A DNA stretch of 64,000 nt from a virus (lineage: Duplodnaviria > Caudoviricetes): IMG/VR virus record IMGVR_UViG_3300020050_005381, positions 2,095 through 66,094 of that record. One strand, written 5' to 3'. Below the pieces are notes generated by a model, which was not told the origin of the DNA, did no database searches, and worked only from the letters and a program-made list of their open reading frames with translations. Within the stretch, counting starts at the first letter, position 1, and the number at the start of each line of letters is the position of its first letter. Shown here piece after piece: positions 46,485 to 55,327 of the stretch. A program made the position numbers and the translations under genes.

Positions 46485-46553
46485 ACATAAAGTTTCCTGC
46501 AAGATAACTTCTGGGTTAAAATAGTGATTCCTCGAATAATAACCGGAGTCTCT

Positions 46554-46739
46554 ATGATTAGCGTGGGAGAAGCCGCGAACCAGCTGGGCGTCAAGTACAA
46601 CTGGGTGTCGCGATGGATTAAAAAGAAGAATCTGGGTCAGAAGTGTGGTTGGGGGATCGTGCTCAATGAGCGTGATCTTGAGGTACTAAAAACCTGCGGA
46701 AGACTAGGTACTAACGATGGCGATCAAAAAGCTGCATAA
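46554..46739 (+). CDS. Small HTH (excisionase/MerR-like) protein
   Basis: ISVGEAANQLGVKYNWVSRWIKK; GGAG RBS. Confidence 0.65.
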   Translation: MISVGEAANQLGVKYNWVSRWIKKKNLGQKCGWGIVLNERDLEVLKTCGRLGTNDGDQKAA

Positions 46740-48849
46740 AGTTCCACCACAGATAACAAGGCTATACAATCGGGGTGTGAAATCGGTGATTCCGTTACTG
46801 CACGGAAAGTCACCTGGATATGAAGGTTGGCAGAAGATAACGGATGATGAGGCTCAGAAGAAAGTCTGGTCCTGGGAAGATTCGGCCGGCGAGAAGATAA
46901 ACTTTGGCATACGTCTTGGACCCCAGTGGGGCGACCTCTGTGACATCGACCTGGACAGCACAGAGTCTCGTCAGCTAGCTCATTACTATCTGCCCGAGAC
47001 CGCAAGGTTCGGTCGTGGCGGCAACTGCACTCACTACCTGTATAAGCAGCTGGGTGGTAAGGGTGATAAGTCGGCGTCCAAGCGTTACCAGTGGGACAAA
47101 CGAGACGAAAAATCGGTGTTGCTTGAGCTTAGGGCCAGCGGACAGACGATGGGTCCGGGTAGCGTGCATCCGGTGTCGGGTGAAGATATCGAGTGGATGA
47201 ATGAAGAGGAGATTAGGGAAGTAGAAGGTCCTGATCTCCTTCGTTGCGTTAATAACCTGGCAGCGGCATCTTTACTGTTTCGCGATTGGCAGAGTGGTGG
47301 TCGCGACGAGCTGGCCGTCTGCCTCGTGGGCTCAATGGTCCGAGGAGATTGGGATGACCATGATATCGATGCATTCCTTGAACCGATACTGTCGGAGAGT
47401 GGCGATGAAGAAGCAATCAAGCGACTCAAAGCTGAGCGCCTTCGGCACGAGCTCGAGAGCGGCGGGAGGGTGCCTGGCTTAAAGCGCCTTCGCGAGTTAT
47501 GTAGCGGGGGTGGCCTGGGAGTCCAGGGATTCGAGCGTATCGTTGAATGGCTTGAGCTGGGCGGGGGTGACATCCTTGAGGAGATAAATGCTACATATGC
47601 TGTGGTCTCTCTTCGTGGTGGCGGTGTCGCGATCATGCGTGAGCGTGAGTCAGCGGTCGAGTTCATGGACAAATCATCGTTCAACCTACTCTGGGCTAAC
47701 CGCATGGTCGGCCATAGGGGTCGGGATGTGACCGCAGACAGGTTCTGGCTGGCGCATAAGGACCGGCGTGAGTACCTGGGTGGAGTGGTGTTTAAGCCCG
47801 GTAAGGAGTGTGCGCCTAATAGCGGGGAGTACAATCTCTGGCGAGGCTTCGCTGTGGCGCCTACCGAGGGAACCTGGGGCTGCGGCTGGGAGATATACCA
47901 TCGTCATTTAATGGACGACGTCTGTGGTGGCGATCAGAAGGTATATGACTGGCTCATTGGCTGGATGGCCCATCGTGTCCAGAGACCCTGGGAGGTGCCT
48001 GAGAGCGCTGTGGTGCTCATCGGCGAGCGTGGGGATGGTAAATCATCAGTCTTTAAGATATTGGGGCGTCTGTTCGGCAAGCACTACATGACCGTGACCA
48101 ACCCTCGACAGTTGATGGGTAACTTCAACGCCCACCTGATGGATAAGGTTCTAGTGCTGGCCGACGAAGCGGTCTGGGGTGGCGACAAGACTAACGAGGG
48201 TATTCTGAAGGTCATGATCTCTGAGGACAAACGAGTCATCGAGATCAAGGGTAAGGATGCTTTCGAGGTTGATAACTGCACAGGGTATGGTATAGCATCG
48301 AACAACGATTGGGTGGTTCCTGTCGGCCGGCAAGAGCGACGGTTCCTGATCCTGCGTACCAAAAGTGGGCGACAGGGTGATTTCACCTTCTGGGATCAGA
48401 TGTACGAGACCATGAGTGCTGAAGGAGGTGGTCTATCGCGCATGCTGTATGACCTCATGAGCGTGGACCTATCTAAGTGCTGCGGTGGCGAGCGTTGGCG
48501 TGGCAATCGGCCTCCATCAACCGACGAGCTACGTATGCAGGCATCGCGTGGCATGGAGCACTGGGTGCAGTTTCTGGTCTGGAAGTGGGAGCATGACGCT
48601 TTTGCTGGGGGTGTATTCGTGGATGATCTCTATTCGGAATACACTGGGTGGATGGGTCGTATGGGGTGGCGTCACGAGACTGAGAAGGTGTTTCTATCCT
48701 GCGTGGATCGCATGCTTGGTGGGGTGTTCACGAAAGTCCGTCGCCGCAAGAAGCTTTGGGATGGAACTTTCGTGATGCGTAACCGTATGGAGTTCGCCGA
48801 TCACGCGTTGGTCACAAAGGCCATCGGTTCCTTCTTAGGAGAGCTTTAA
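46717..48849 (+). CDS. Primase-polymerase / SF3-type helicase fusion
   Basis: LCDIDLDS, THYLY, GPGSVHPVSG; GERGDGKS, VLADE, IASN. Confidence 0.9.
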   Translation: MAIKKLHKVPPQITRLYNRGVKSVIPLLHGKSPGYEGWQKITDDEAQKKVWSWEDSAGEKINFGIRLGPQWGDLCDIDLDSTESRQLAHYYLPETARFGRGGNCTHYLYKQLGGKGDKSASKRYQWDKRDEKSVLLELRASGQTMGPGSVHPVSGEDIEWMNEEEIREVEGPDLLRCVNNLAAASLLFRDWQSGGRDELAVCLVGSMVRGDWDDHDIDAFLEPILSESGDEEAIKRLKAERLRHELESGGRVPGLKRLRELCSGGGLGVQGFERIVEWLELGGGDILEEINATYAVVSLRGGGVAIMRERESAVEFMDKSSFNLLWANRMVGHRGRDVTADRFWLAHKDRREYLGGVVFKPGKECAPNSGEYNLWRGFAVAPTEGTWGCGWEIYHRHLMDDVCGGDQKVYDWLIGWMAHRVQRPWEVPESAVVLIGERGDGKSSVFKILGRLFGKHYMTVTNPRQLMGNFNAHLMDKVLVLADEAVWGGDKTNEGILKVMISEDKRVIEIKGKDAFEVDNCTGYGIASNNDWVVPVGRQERRFLILRTKSGRQGDFTFWDQMYETMSAEGGGLSRMLYDLMSVDLSKCCGGERWRGNRPPSTDELRMQASRGMEHWVQFLVWKWEHDAFAGGVFVDDLYSEYTGWMGRMGWRHETEKVFLSCVDRMLGGVFTKVRRRKKLWDGTFVMRNRMEFADHALVTKAIGSFLGEL

Positions 48850-49273
48850 GCCCGTCGGGTGTCAGGTACTGCTGCGGTAGGTTAGGGAAATGCTCGTACG
48901 GTGGACGTTCGGGCATTCTTTTTGTGTAGTGCATGTACAGGGTGCGTAGCGTGAACTGTGGGTAGGACTGCAGGTCCAGGAGGGCGTGCTCCATGTAGGA
49001 TCGCTTGAAGGCTATGCGGTGTTGTGGAGGCTTCAGTTTATTGACCTCTCGTCTAGAGCTGGGTATATTAGATTCGTCTCGGTGCGGTGCTTCCATGGGG
49101 TAGAAGTTGCGGCGACGTAGGGGATTGTAGCTCACGGGGAACCTTATGGTCTGCACTGGGAAGCGTGCGATGAAGTGTCTGAGGGACTCATAGGGCTGCT
49201 TGAAGTGGAGGTATACGTCTTCTTGAAGGGCGTAGCCTGGGAAGTCGAGGTGCTCTAGCTCGGGGGGTAACAT
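48812..49273 (-). CDS. Hypothetical protein
   Basis: Has an upstream TTTACA promoter; convergent with primase. Confidence 0.5.
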   Translation of the reverse strand: MLPPELEHLDFPGYALQEDVYLHFKQPYESLRHFIARFPVQTIRFPVSYNPLRRRNFYPMEAPHRDESNIPSSRREVNKLKPPQHRIAFKRSYMEHALLDLQSYPQFTLRTLYMHYTKRMPERPPYEHFPNLPQQYLTPDGLKALLRRNRWPL

Positions 49274-49299
49274 GATGGGCTCCGGGTTGTGGACTGGGT

Positions 49300-49328
49300 A
49301 TATTAGACTAATTTAGTGGGAGTGTAAA
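49300..49328 (-). promoter_or_regulatory. Promoter TTTACA-N17-TAATAT
   Basis: -35 at 49323-49328, -10 at 49300-49305. Confidence 0.5.
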
Positions 49329-49329
49329 T

Positions 49330-49780
49330 ACGTGAAAATATTCCGAATCATTAAGATCCTCCATTATGACACTGACATACTGTGTTAGGACAATGTAATA
49401 GTACATTGTACTCTACATGTCAGTGTCCTGATATGTGCCTAAAACTTACTCAAGATGTCTATCACAGATCTATTGCGAAACTGGCCTTTAGTTCCCTTTA
49501 AAATCAGTGACTTAAATTCATTCTCCTGAGAAATAATTACGGATAGACGGCCCCCGCGTAAACCACTAAAAAAATATATTTTATACCCTCTTCAAAAAAG
49601 TGACTTTACTAACTTTACTTTTCTTTAGACTTCCTAAAGAAAATAACTAAGATACTGATATATATACAATTTTTTTGATGGCGATCTTGTTGATTCTTTA
49701 ATCTTGATCTATTTATGAGTTCATGATATTTTAGGACATGCGAATACACCCAGCTCAGTGATTCATGGACTGGCGGGGAC
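49330..49780. other. AT-rich non-coding region with nested inverted repeats; candidate replication origin
   Basis: GACACTGACAT/ATGTCAGTGTC, ACAATGTA/TACATTGT, TTTTCTTTAG/CTAAAGAAAA; next to primase gene. Confidence 0.5.
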
Positions 49781-49783
49781 AAC

Positions 49784-49809
49784 AAAAACCCAGTGGGGTC
49801 AGCACTGGG
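49784..49809 (-). terminator. Rho-independent terminator of early leftward unit
   Basis: Minus strand CCCAGTG-CTGACCC-CACTGGG-TTTTT. Confidence 0.75.
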
Positions 49810-49873
49810 ATGGCACTTTTAAGGCAGCTGGGAGGGCGCTGGATGGCCCTAGGTTAGTGGGGTCGGTAGGGTA

Positions 49874-50026
49874 TTAAGAGTAAATCCAGCAAGCCGCAAA
49901 TACGACGATCATGAGAACGATCGAGGGTATCCACTCACCAGGCACCGACGGGTCGTGCTTCAGCTCACTGCACAGGAGGATAATGGTTAGCACGGTCAGC
50001 GTCAGGAGGACCCAGAATATAATCAT
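49874..50026 (-). CDS. Small two-helix membrane protein, 50 aa (not in ORF track)
   Basis: MIIFWVLLTLTVLTIILLC...WIPSIVLMIVVFAACWIYS; ATGA overlap with upstream stop. Confidence 0.6.
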   Translation of the reverse strand: MIIFWVLLTLTVLTIILLCSELKHDPSVPGEWIPSIVLMIVVFAACWIYS

Positions 50027-50727
50027 GACAGCAGCTTCTGCTGAGCGGCGCCTGATACCGGGCGGCCCGTTGGTATATGAGCCTTCTGCCCGTCGGCGTA
50101 ACCATCTGCCGAGGTCCTGTGCTTACCCTTCTTGCCCCCGGACTCAGCGCCGAAGGCTTCGGTCATGGCCTTGTCCCTGGCCTCCTGGACGACGACCAGT
50201 GAGTGTCCGGTGCTCGTGGATATATCCTCATCATCGCTCTGGTCTCGAGCCTCAGCCATCTTCTTGAGCCTGGCCTGGATGGCCGAGGCGTAGCCGTTGC
50301 GGTAGGCGTTGGCTTCTCCCTGGCCGAGGCCATTGCTCGCCTTATAGCACTGGGCAAGGATCAGCTCGTGCAGCCACTTAGCGAGCTCAGTGTCCTGCCT
50401 GGGTCCGCGGAACGTGACGTATCCAGCTCCACCCCCCACGCGAGTGCGGGTATATACCTTGACGCCCCAAGCGATGATACCGATCCAGGGTGGAACTTCC
50501 TTAGCATTCTTCTTGCCAGGACGGCAGCCCTGGGCCTGGGTCGAGGTCAGGTCCCACTGGGCCTTGAGCTCAGCCTCAGTGAGGTCGGCCAGGGATATCT
50601 CGTGTGCTGCCATCAGCTTTGCCGCCTGGCGGGCCGCAGTCTCAGCCTCATTGGGGGCGGCACCTGGGTCGGCAGCGAGGGCCAGTAGCTTACGGATCTT
50701 AGCTTGCATCCGGGGATCAATGGTCAT
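50023..50727 (-). CDS. DUF2786-domain protein
   Basis: KIRKLLALAADPGAAPNEAETAARQAAKLMAAHEI. Confidence 0.85.
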   Translation of the reverse strand: MTIDPRMQAKIRKLLALAADPGAAPNEAETAARQAAKLMAAHEISLADLTEAELKAQWDLTSTQAQGCRPGKKNAKEVPPWIGIIAWGVKVYTRTRVGGGAGYVTFRGPRQDTELAKWLHELILAQCYKASNGLGQGEANAYRNGYASAIQARLKKMAEARDQSDDEDISTSTGHSLVVVQEARDKAMTEAFGAESGGKKGKHRTSADGYADGQKAHIPTGRPVSGAAQQKLLS

Positions 50728-50792
50728 GTCAATGCTCCTGTGTGGGTAGGCATACAGGAACCTGTTGCCAGGTCCCTGCTGCCTGCCATCAC

Positions 50793-51368
50793 TCAGGGGG
50801 CGGCGTCGCCCATGTCCTCTTCGGCGTCCGCCTCCGCCTGGAGATCACGAGGGTCCTGCTCGTCGTCGGCATCAGCTACGGGCTCAGCGTCAGCTACGGG
50901 GGCGGCCAGGGCCTTCTGTACAGCGGCGTATTCCGGGCTGTCCTTCATCCACTCCCAGCGTCCGCCGGTACCAACGTGGCCCACTGCCTTCCGCAGGCGA
51001 CGGCGGGCGATCCGGGGCTCCAGGTCCAGCTCGAAGCACAGCTGCTTCAGGCTGACCAGGTTCGGGTCGCGTTCGGCCGGGGCTGGCTTTTCTTTCTTCG
51101 CCTTAGGGGTAGGTACCGGGTCCTTCTGCATCTGGTTCAGCATGGCGCCCAGGATGGGGTGAGCAGCAGCGTCAGCGATCAGGTTGTCAGCGTCAGCTTC
51201 TTCCTCGTCCGTCGGTTCTTCCCAGGGGCCACGAGTGACCTGCTTCTTGGGGACAGCGTACTCCTCGCCCTCGTCGTCGCGGACCTGGAAGTAGATACCC
51301 TTGTTGGCCAGGACTTCAGCGATGTGCAGGCCGGATGCGTTCTTGAATTCGATGTGCTTGGTAGTCAT
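50793..51368 (-). CDS. Early acidic protein with HTH-like domain (paralogue 3)
   Basis: VSLKQLCFELDLEPRIARRRLRK...GRWEW; GGAG RBS before MTTKH. Confidence 0.7.
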   Translation of the reverse strand: MTTKHIEFKNASGLHIAEVLANKGIYFQVRDDEGEEYAVPKKQVTRGPWEEPTDEEEADADNLIADAAAHPILGAMLNQMQKDPVPTPKAKKEKPAPAERDPNLVSLKQLCFELDLEPRIARRRLRKAVGHVGTGGRWEWMKDSPEYAAVQKALAAPVADAEPVADADDEQDPRDLQAEADAEEDMGDAAP

Positions 51369-51488
51369 GATCTGAATCTCCAGTGAGTGGTTGTAACCGG
51401 TGCCGGTGGTATGTACCGCCGACAAATTCATTCTAAACTAAATTGGGTCCAACCGTGGGAATTATTATTATTTTCTGTGGATTGTAAC

Positions 51489-51503
51489 TGATAACCGTTA
51501 TCA
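51489..51503. promoter_or_regulatory. 7-1-7 palindrome TGATAAC-C-GTTATCA, putative operator
   Basis: Perfect 15-bp dyad in the divergent early/late intergenic region. Confidence 0.45.
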
Positions 51504-51781
51504 TCTGCCTGGTCCTGGTTCTTTATATGGACGGGTGCGCACGCGTATACAGTAGTTGGTAGCGGTTGTCCATGCCTATCTCAATGCGGTATCGTATACC
51601 AGATCCAGCGCCCGCTGTCCATGGTATGCCATTGTCCTGGGTCTGTAGTACATGTGCATATGCATATGGCATATGCTGATGGAATGACACCCGGGGGAGC
51701 CCCAATTCTGTCTGTATATAGAGCCACACATCATCCTCCCCACTCATAGAAAATTTAGAGAGTATGCCAATGTCCTAAACA

Positions 51782-51810
51782 TTTACACCCGCACCTAGAC
51801 GAGGTATAAT
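51782..51810 (+). promoter_or_regulatory. Promoter TTTACA-N17-TATAAT for terminase operon
   Basis: -35 at 51782-51787, -10 at 51805-51810. Confidence 0.7.
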
Positions 51811-51817
51811 CAGTCAC

Positions 51818-52171
51818 ATGACCGTAATCTCTACCCAGCCCAATAAACGCGACCGTAATCAGGCGGAAGTCTTGAGCGGGATGGGCGCCACAGAAGAGTT
51901 CATAGCCGATCATCTTCACTTGTCCATAGAAGAGCTCAACCTCTACTACTCTAAAGAGCTCAAGTCAGGCGCAGAGGAAGCTAACCTCCAGGTAGCTAAG
52001 ACCTTCCATGAGCTAGCCACTTCTGGAGAACATCCCCAGATGACCCTAGCATGGATGAAGATGAGAGCCGGTTGGTCTGATGCAGCACAGAAGGAAGAAG
52101 AGGGTTATGATGATGACTCCGCCTCCCTAGCAAAAGACAAGCTGCTTAAGCTATTGAACCGCGGCAAGTGA
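51818..52171 (+). CDS. terS: Terminase small subunit
   Basis: HTH (FIADHLHLSIEEL...YSKEL...GAEEAN...LAWMKMRAGW); directly upstream of terL. Confidence 0.8.
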   Translation: MTVISTQPNKRDRNQAEVLSGMGATEEFIADHLHLSIEELNLYYSKELKSGAEEANLQVAKTFHELATSGEHPQMTLAWMKMRAGWSDAAQKEEEGYDDDSASLAKDKLLKLLNRGK

Positions 52172-53643
52172 CGATCGAACTCACACCTCAGGATCTTGAC
52201 GAGCTCACACCCCAGGACATAGAGCATTTACTTCACCAGTGGGAACTCTGGTCAAGACCCAATCAATTACCCCCAGACCATCCAGAATCCAGTAACCACC
52301 TCCCGGACCAGCCAAACACCGATTGGGAGTTCTGGATCTCACTGGCTGGCCGTGGTTTCGGAAAAACGCGCCTCGGTGCGGAGCAAGTCTTGCGATGGGT
52401 TGACCAAGGGCATAGACGCATTCACATTATCGCACCAACCACGGCAGACACTCGTGATGTTATTGTTGATGGTGAGTCGGGGATCCTAAACGTGGCTCAT
52501 CCCAAGAAGCGTCCCCATTATGAGCCATCCAAGCGACGTCTTACCTTCCCCAATGGGTCTATCGCCCTGCTCTATTCAGCTGAGGAACCCGAGCGACTTC
52601 GTGGACCCCAGTGTAGCGCATTGTGGTGTGATGAGATGGCAGCCTGGCAGTACCCCCAAGAGACTTGGGATCAAGCAATGTTCGGACTGAGACTTGGTAA
52701 CCATCCTCAAGTGGTAGTAACCACCACACCAAAACCCATACCCCTGATCAAGCGATTCATTGAGTCAGCTCGCAAAGACCCAAGGCGTTGGGTGCTGACC
52801 TCAGGCTCAACATACGACAACAAAGCTAACCTCGCCAAAACCTTCTTCACGCAGGTGGCGCAGTATGAAGGCACCCGACTGGGTCGGCAGGAGCTATACG
52901 CTGAGCTGATCGATCCTCGAGAGACGGGTATCGTAAAAGACTCGTGGATCAACATGTATCCTGCGGCATCAGAACTCCCGAAATTCGAGTTTGTGCTGCA
53001 GAGCTACGACACGGCGTTCACAGAGAAGACCCTAGATCGCAAGACAAAAGACCCAGACCCCAGCGCAGCAAGCACCTGGGGCGTGTTCCGCATCACCGAC
53101 GCACTAAGGGAGAAATGCCGCAATCCCCCAGCCAAGCACATCAAATACGGCGTGATGCTCCTAGACTCCTGGTCAGACCACCTGGGGTTCCCTGAGCTGC
53201 GCATCAAGGTGCAGAAAGAGTACCAGAGCAGCTACTATGGCCCGGAGGGCGACGAAAGACGCGCTGACATCGTCCTGATTGAGGATAAAGGCTCAGGCAT
53301 CTCCCTGCGCCAGGACCTGCAGCTCGTGGTGCCAGTACGCCCGTACAACCCTGGACGCGCTGATAAGCTAGAGCGACTGCATGCGGTGTCCCACATACCC
53401 TGTATGGGCATGGTTTTCGTACCAGAGAGCCAACGCAAGCCAGACACATTCATCAACTGGGCAGATCCGCTCATAGATCAGGTATGCTCATACCCCCTGG
53501 TTGAGCATGATGACCTCATGGACACCGCAAGCCAAGCGCTTCAGTACCTGAAAGACTCTGGATGGCTAACACCAGACCCCGAAGAGGAAGAAGAAGAGTA
53601 CGCAGACTCGGTCTATACCCGAAGGAATCCATACGCTGTATAA
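52168..53643 (+). CDS. terL: Terminase large subunit
   Basis: AGRGFGKT, LRGPQ...WCDE, VVTTTPK, SYDTA, IEDKGSG, HDDLMD. Confidence 0.95.
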   Translation: MTIELTPQDLDELTPQDIEHLLHQWELWSRPNQLPPDHPESSNHLPDQPNTDWEFWISLAGRGFGKTRLGAEQVLRWVDQGHRRIHIIAPTTADTRDVIVDGESGILNVAHPKKRPHYEPSKRRLTFPNGSIALLYSAEEPERLRGPQCSALWCDEMAAWQYPQETWDQAMFGLRLGNHPQVVVTTTPKPIPLIKRFIESARKDPRRWVLTSGSTYDNKANLAKTFFTQVAQYEGTRLGRQELYAELIDPRETGIVKDSWINMYPAASELPKFEFVLQSYDTAFTEKTLDRKTKDPDPSAASTWGVFRITDALREKCRNPPAKHIKYGVMLLDSWSDHLGFPELRIKVQKEYQSSYYGPEGDERRADIVLIEDKGSGISLRQDLQLVVPVRPYNPGRADKLERLHAVSHIPCMGMVFVPESQRKPDTFINWADPLIDQVCSYPLVEHDDLMDTASQALQYLKDSGWLTPDPEEEEEEYADSVYTRRNPYAV

Positions 53644-53662
53644 TGGGTATTTGAGGTATCAT

Positions 53663-54085
53663 ATGAATCAAGAGACATTTGAAGACTCCTTCAACCTGCT
53701 CTGTGGGGACAAGATCGGACAGGGAGCCCACCGCACAGTGTATGCTTGCAAGCTTTGCCCTGACCGGGTAGTGAAGGTGGAGCCAGATGACTATCGGTAC
53801 TTTGCTAATGTTCTAGAGATGAAGTTCTGGAATGATCACGAGCATTACCCCAAAGTCGCCCGATGGTTGGCTCCCTGTACACATCTATCGCCCGAGGGTC
53901 GCATTCTGCTACAGAAGAGAGCCGATCCTCTCCCTAAGGACTTTCAGCTCCCAGACCAGATGCCGTCATTTCTGACCGACTTCAAGAGGGAGAATTATGG
54001 AATATTAGGGGGCCAACTAGTTTGCATAGACTATGCTATGACCATACCCAATCCAAGTATCAGGCTGAAAAGAGTGAATTGGTAG
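53663..54085 (+). CDS. Minimal protein-kinase-like enzyme
   Basis: IGQGAHRTVY, VVKVE, NVLE, TDFKRENYG, IDYA; GAGGT RBS and TGTATAAT upstream. Confidence 0.75.
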   Translation: MNQETFEDSFNLLCGDKIGQGAHRTVYACKLCPDRVVKVEPDDYRYFANVLEMKFWNDHEHYPKVARWLAPCTHLSPEGRILLQKRADPLPKDFQLPDQMPSFLTDFKRENYGILGGQLVCIDYAMTIPNPSIRLKRVNW

Positions 54086-54093
54086 GTCTGACG

Positions 54094-54122
54094 TTTACAA
54101 ATTGATCTTGACAAGATATAAT
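54094..54122 (+). promoter_or_regulatory. Promoter TTTACA-N17-TATAAT
   Basis: -35 at 54094-54099, -10 at 54117-54122. Confidence 0.75.
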
Positions 54123-54149
54123 TGATTAACGAGACTCGAGAATATCATT

Positions 54150-54776
54150 ATGGCTGCACCACAGTCCGCGCTTGCAGCAATATACCGTGCAATCAAGAAG
54201 CTTGCCTCTAATCCAGAGGCTCAGGACCTAGCCTCTAACAGAGCCAAAAACCTGTCTGAGCAAGTTGATCTCTCGAGATACTCTCCTGCCACCATCGCTC
54301 GCGCCACGACTGGCTCTCCTATGGCTCAAAGGGGCTTCTCTGAAGCTCTAGGCTCGACCCGATCACCCTTCGCGTCCACTCTGATCCGCCCGAGCCAGTG
54401 GGCTGAGCATACCCCTGCCTTAGACCCATTCAGGGACCGCAACATCATTGAGTACCTTAAGAGCGTTCTTCCAAAAGAGAAGCTCAAAGAGGCACCTTTC
54501 CTCTGGGTGAATGACCGTCCAGGCGGGCTAGAAGCGGGGTTCGAAGGGCGCCACCGCATGAAAGCGATGCAAGAGCTGTATGGCGATGATCCAGTGCTCA
54601 CGAACCTACTCCCTGGACAGGAATTCAAGCTACAGGAGCTTGACTATCCTAAAGGTATGTGGGATGAGCGGGTTCAAGGCCCAAACCGAATGAGCCCTCT
54701 GGAGATGCTCAGGCAGCAGATCATGTTCGGCGACAAGCCGATTGACATCAGTCCCCTATGGGTGAATGAGAAATGA
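54150..54776 (+). CDS. Hypothetical protein with ParB-like EGRHR motif
   Basis: GFEGRHRMKAMQELYGDDPV. Confidence 0.55.
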   Translation: MAAPQSALAAIYRAIKKLASNPEAQDLASNRAKNLSEQVDLSRYSPATIARATTGSPMAQRGFSEALGSTRSPFASTLIRPSQWAEHTPALDPFRDRNIIEYLKSVLPKEKLKEAPFLWVNDRPGGLEAGFEGRHRMKAMQELYGDDPVLTNLLPGQEFKLQELDYPKGMWDERVQGPNRMSPLEMLRQQIMFGDKPIDISPLWVNEK

Positions 54777-55327
54777 GCATTTTAGCTAAAATCGCTCAAT
54801 TCGCCTCTCAACCGGGGGCTTTGCGTCGTTTGTTTCGAGGTGACTCAATAGAGGCTATATCCACGCCACCAGCCAAGCTGAGGCGCATAGAGAATGGTTC
54901 GGATGATTTCTATAATCAGATGCAAGATGCTAGTAAAGCTCAGTCGGCTCATTATGCCAAGTTGAAGGCTAAGAAACCAGACAACACCCCCATACCCGCG
55001 GACATTCTGCAAGAGCTCATGGAGGGTAGCAACACCGGACGGCATCTCTATGAGATCATGTCTCCAGCACGTGGATGGACCGTAGTCGATCCTCAGAGCC
55101 AGTACATAGCGGGAATCCTGTCTGAAGGTAAGGGGCCAAGCATTACTAACCCTACCCTCAATGCTCTGGCCAGAGAGTATCGCAAACCCCACGCGACTGC
55201 TGCAACGCAAGAGCTGGTAGATTACTACCGTAGCAAAGGCCTAACCGTAGACCCCAAGAGTTGGGGAATGGAACTAGCGAAGGGCGGCCTAGTAAGAATG
55301 AAGGAGTGTAATTGTGGCAGGACTTAA
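54773..55327 (+). CDS. Hypothetical protein with C-terminal AKGGLV motif
   Basis: Coupled ORF; LRRLFRGDS near N-terminus. Confidence 0.55.
   Translation: MSILAKIAQFASQPGALRRLFRGDSIEAISTPPAKLRRIENGSDDFYNQMQDASKAQSAHYAKLKAKKPDNTPIPADILQELMEGSNTGRHLYEIMSPARGWTVVDPQSQYIAGILSEGKGPSITNPTLNALAREYRKPHATAATQELVDYYRSKGLTVDPKSWGMELAKGGLVRMKECNCGRT

Noticed and set aside
43100-46500. Integron integrase or other tyrosine/serine recombinase near the attC sites
   Set aside because: No R-H-R-Y or serine-recombinase motifs in any ORF of the window; about a few kb of genome may lie outside the window
46554-46739. Lysogeny module implied by the excisionase-like HTH
   Set aside because: No integrase, CI-like repressor or att site found; more likely a replication or transcription regulator
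21000-49000. 7-deazaguanine, PurZ (dZ) or glycosyltransferase modification genes
   Set aside because: No QueC/D/E, FolE, DpdA, PurA-like or GT motifs recognised
50163-51386. Long + strand ORFs (50203, 50390, 50704, 50742, 50765)
   Set aside because: Antisense shadows of GC-rich - strand genes; no RBS or family motifs
51523-51747. 74-aa ORF in the divergent intergenic region
   Set aside because: No RBS, no recognisable motif; region looks regulatory
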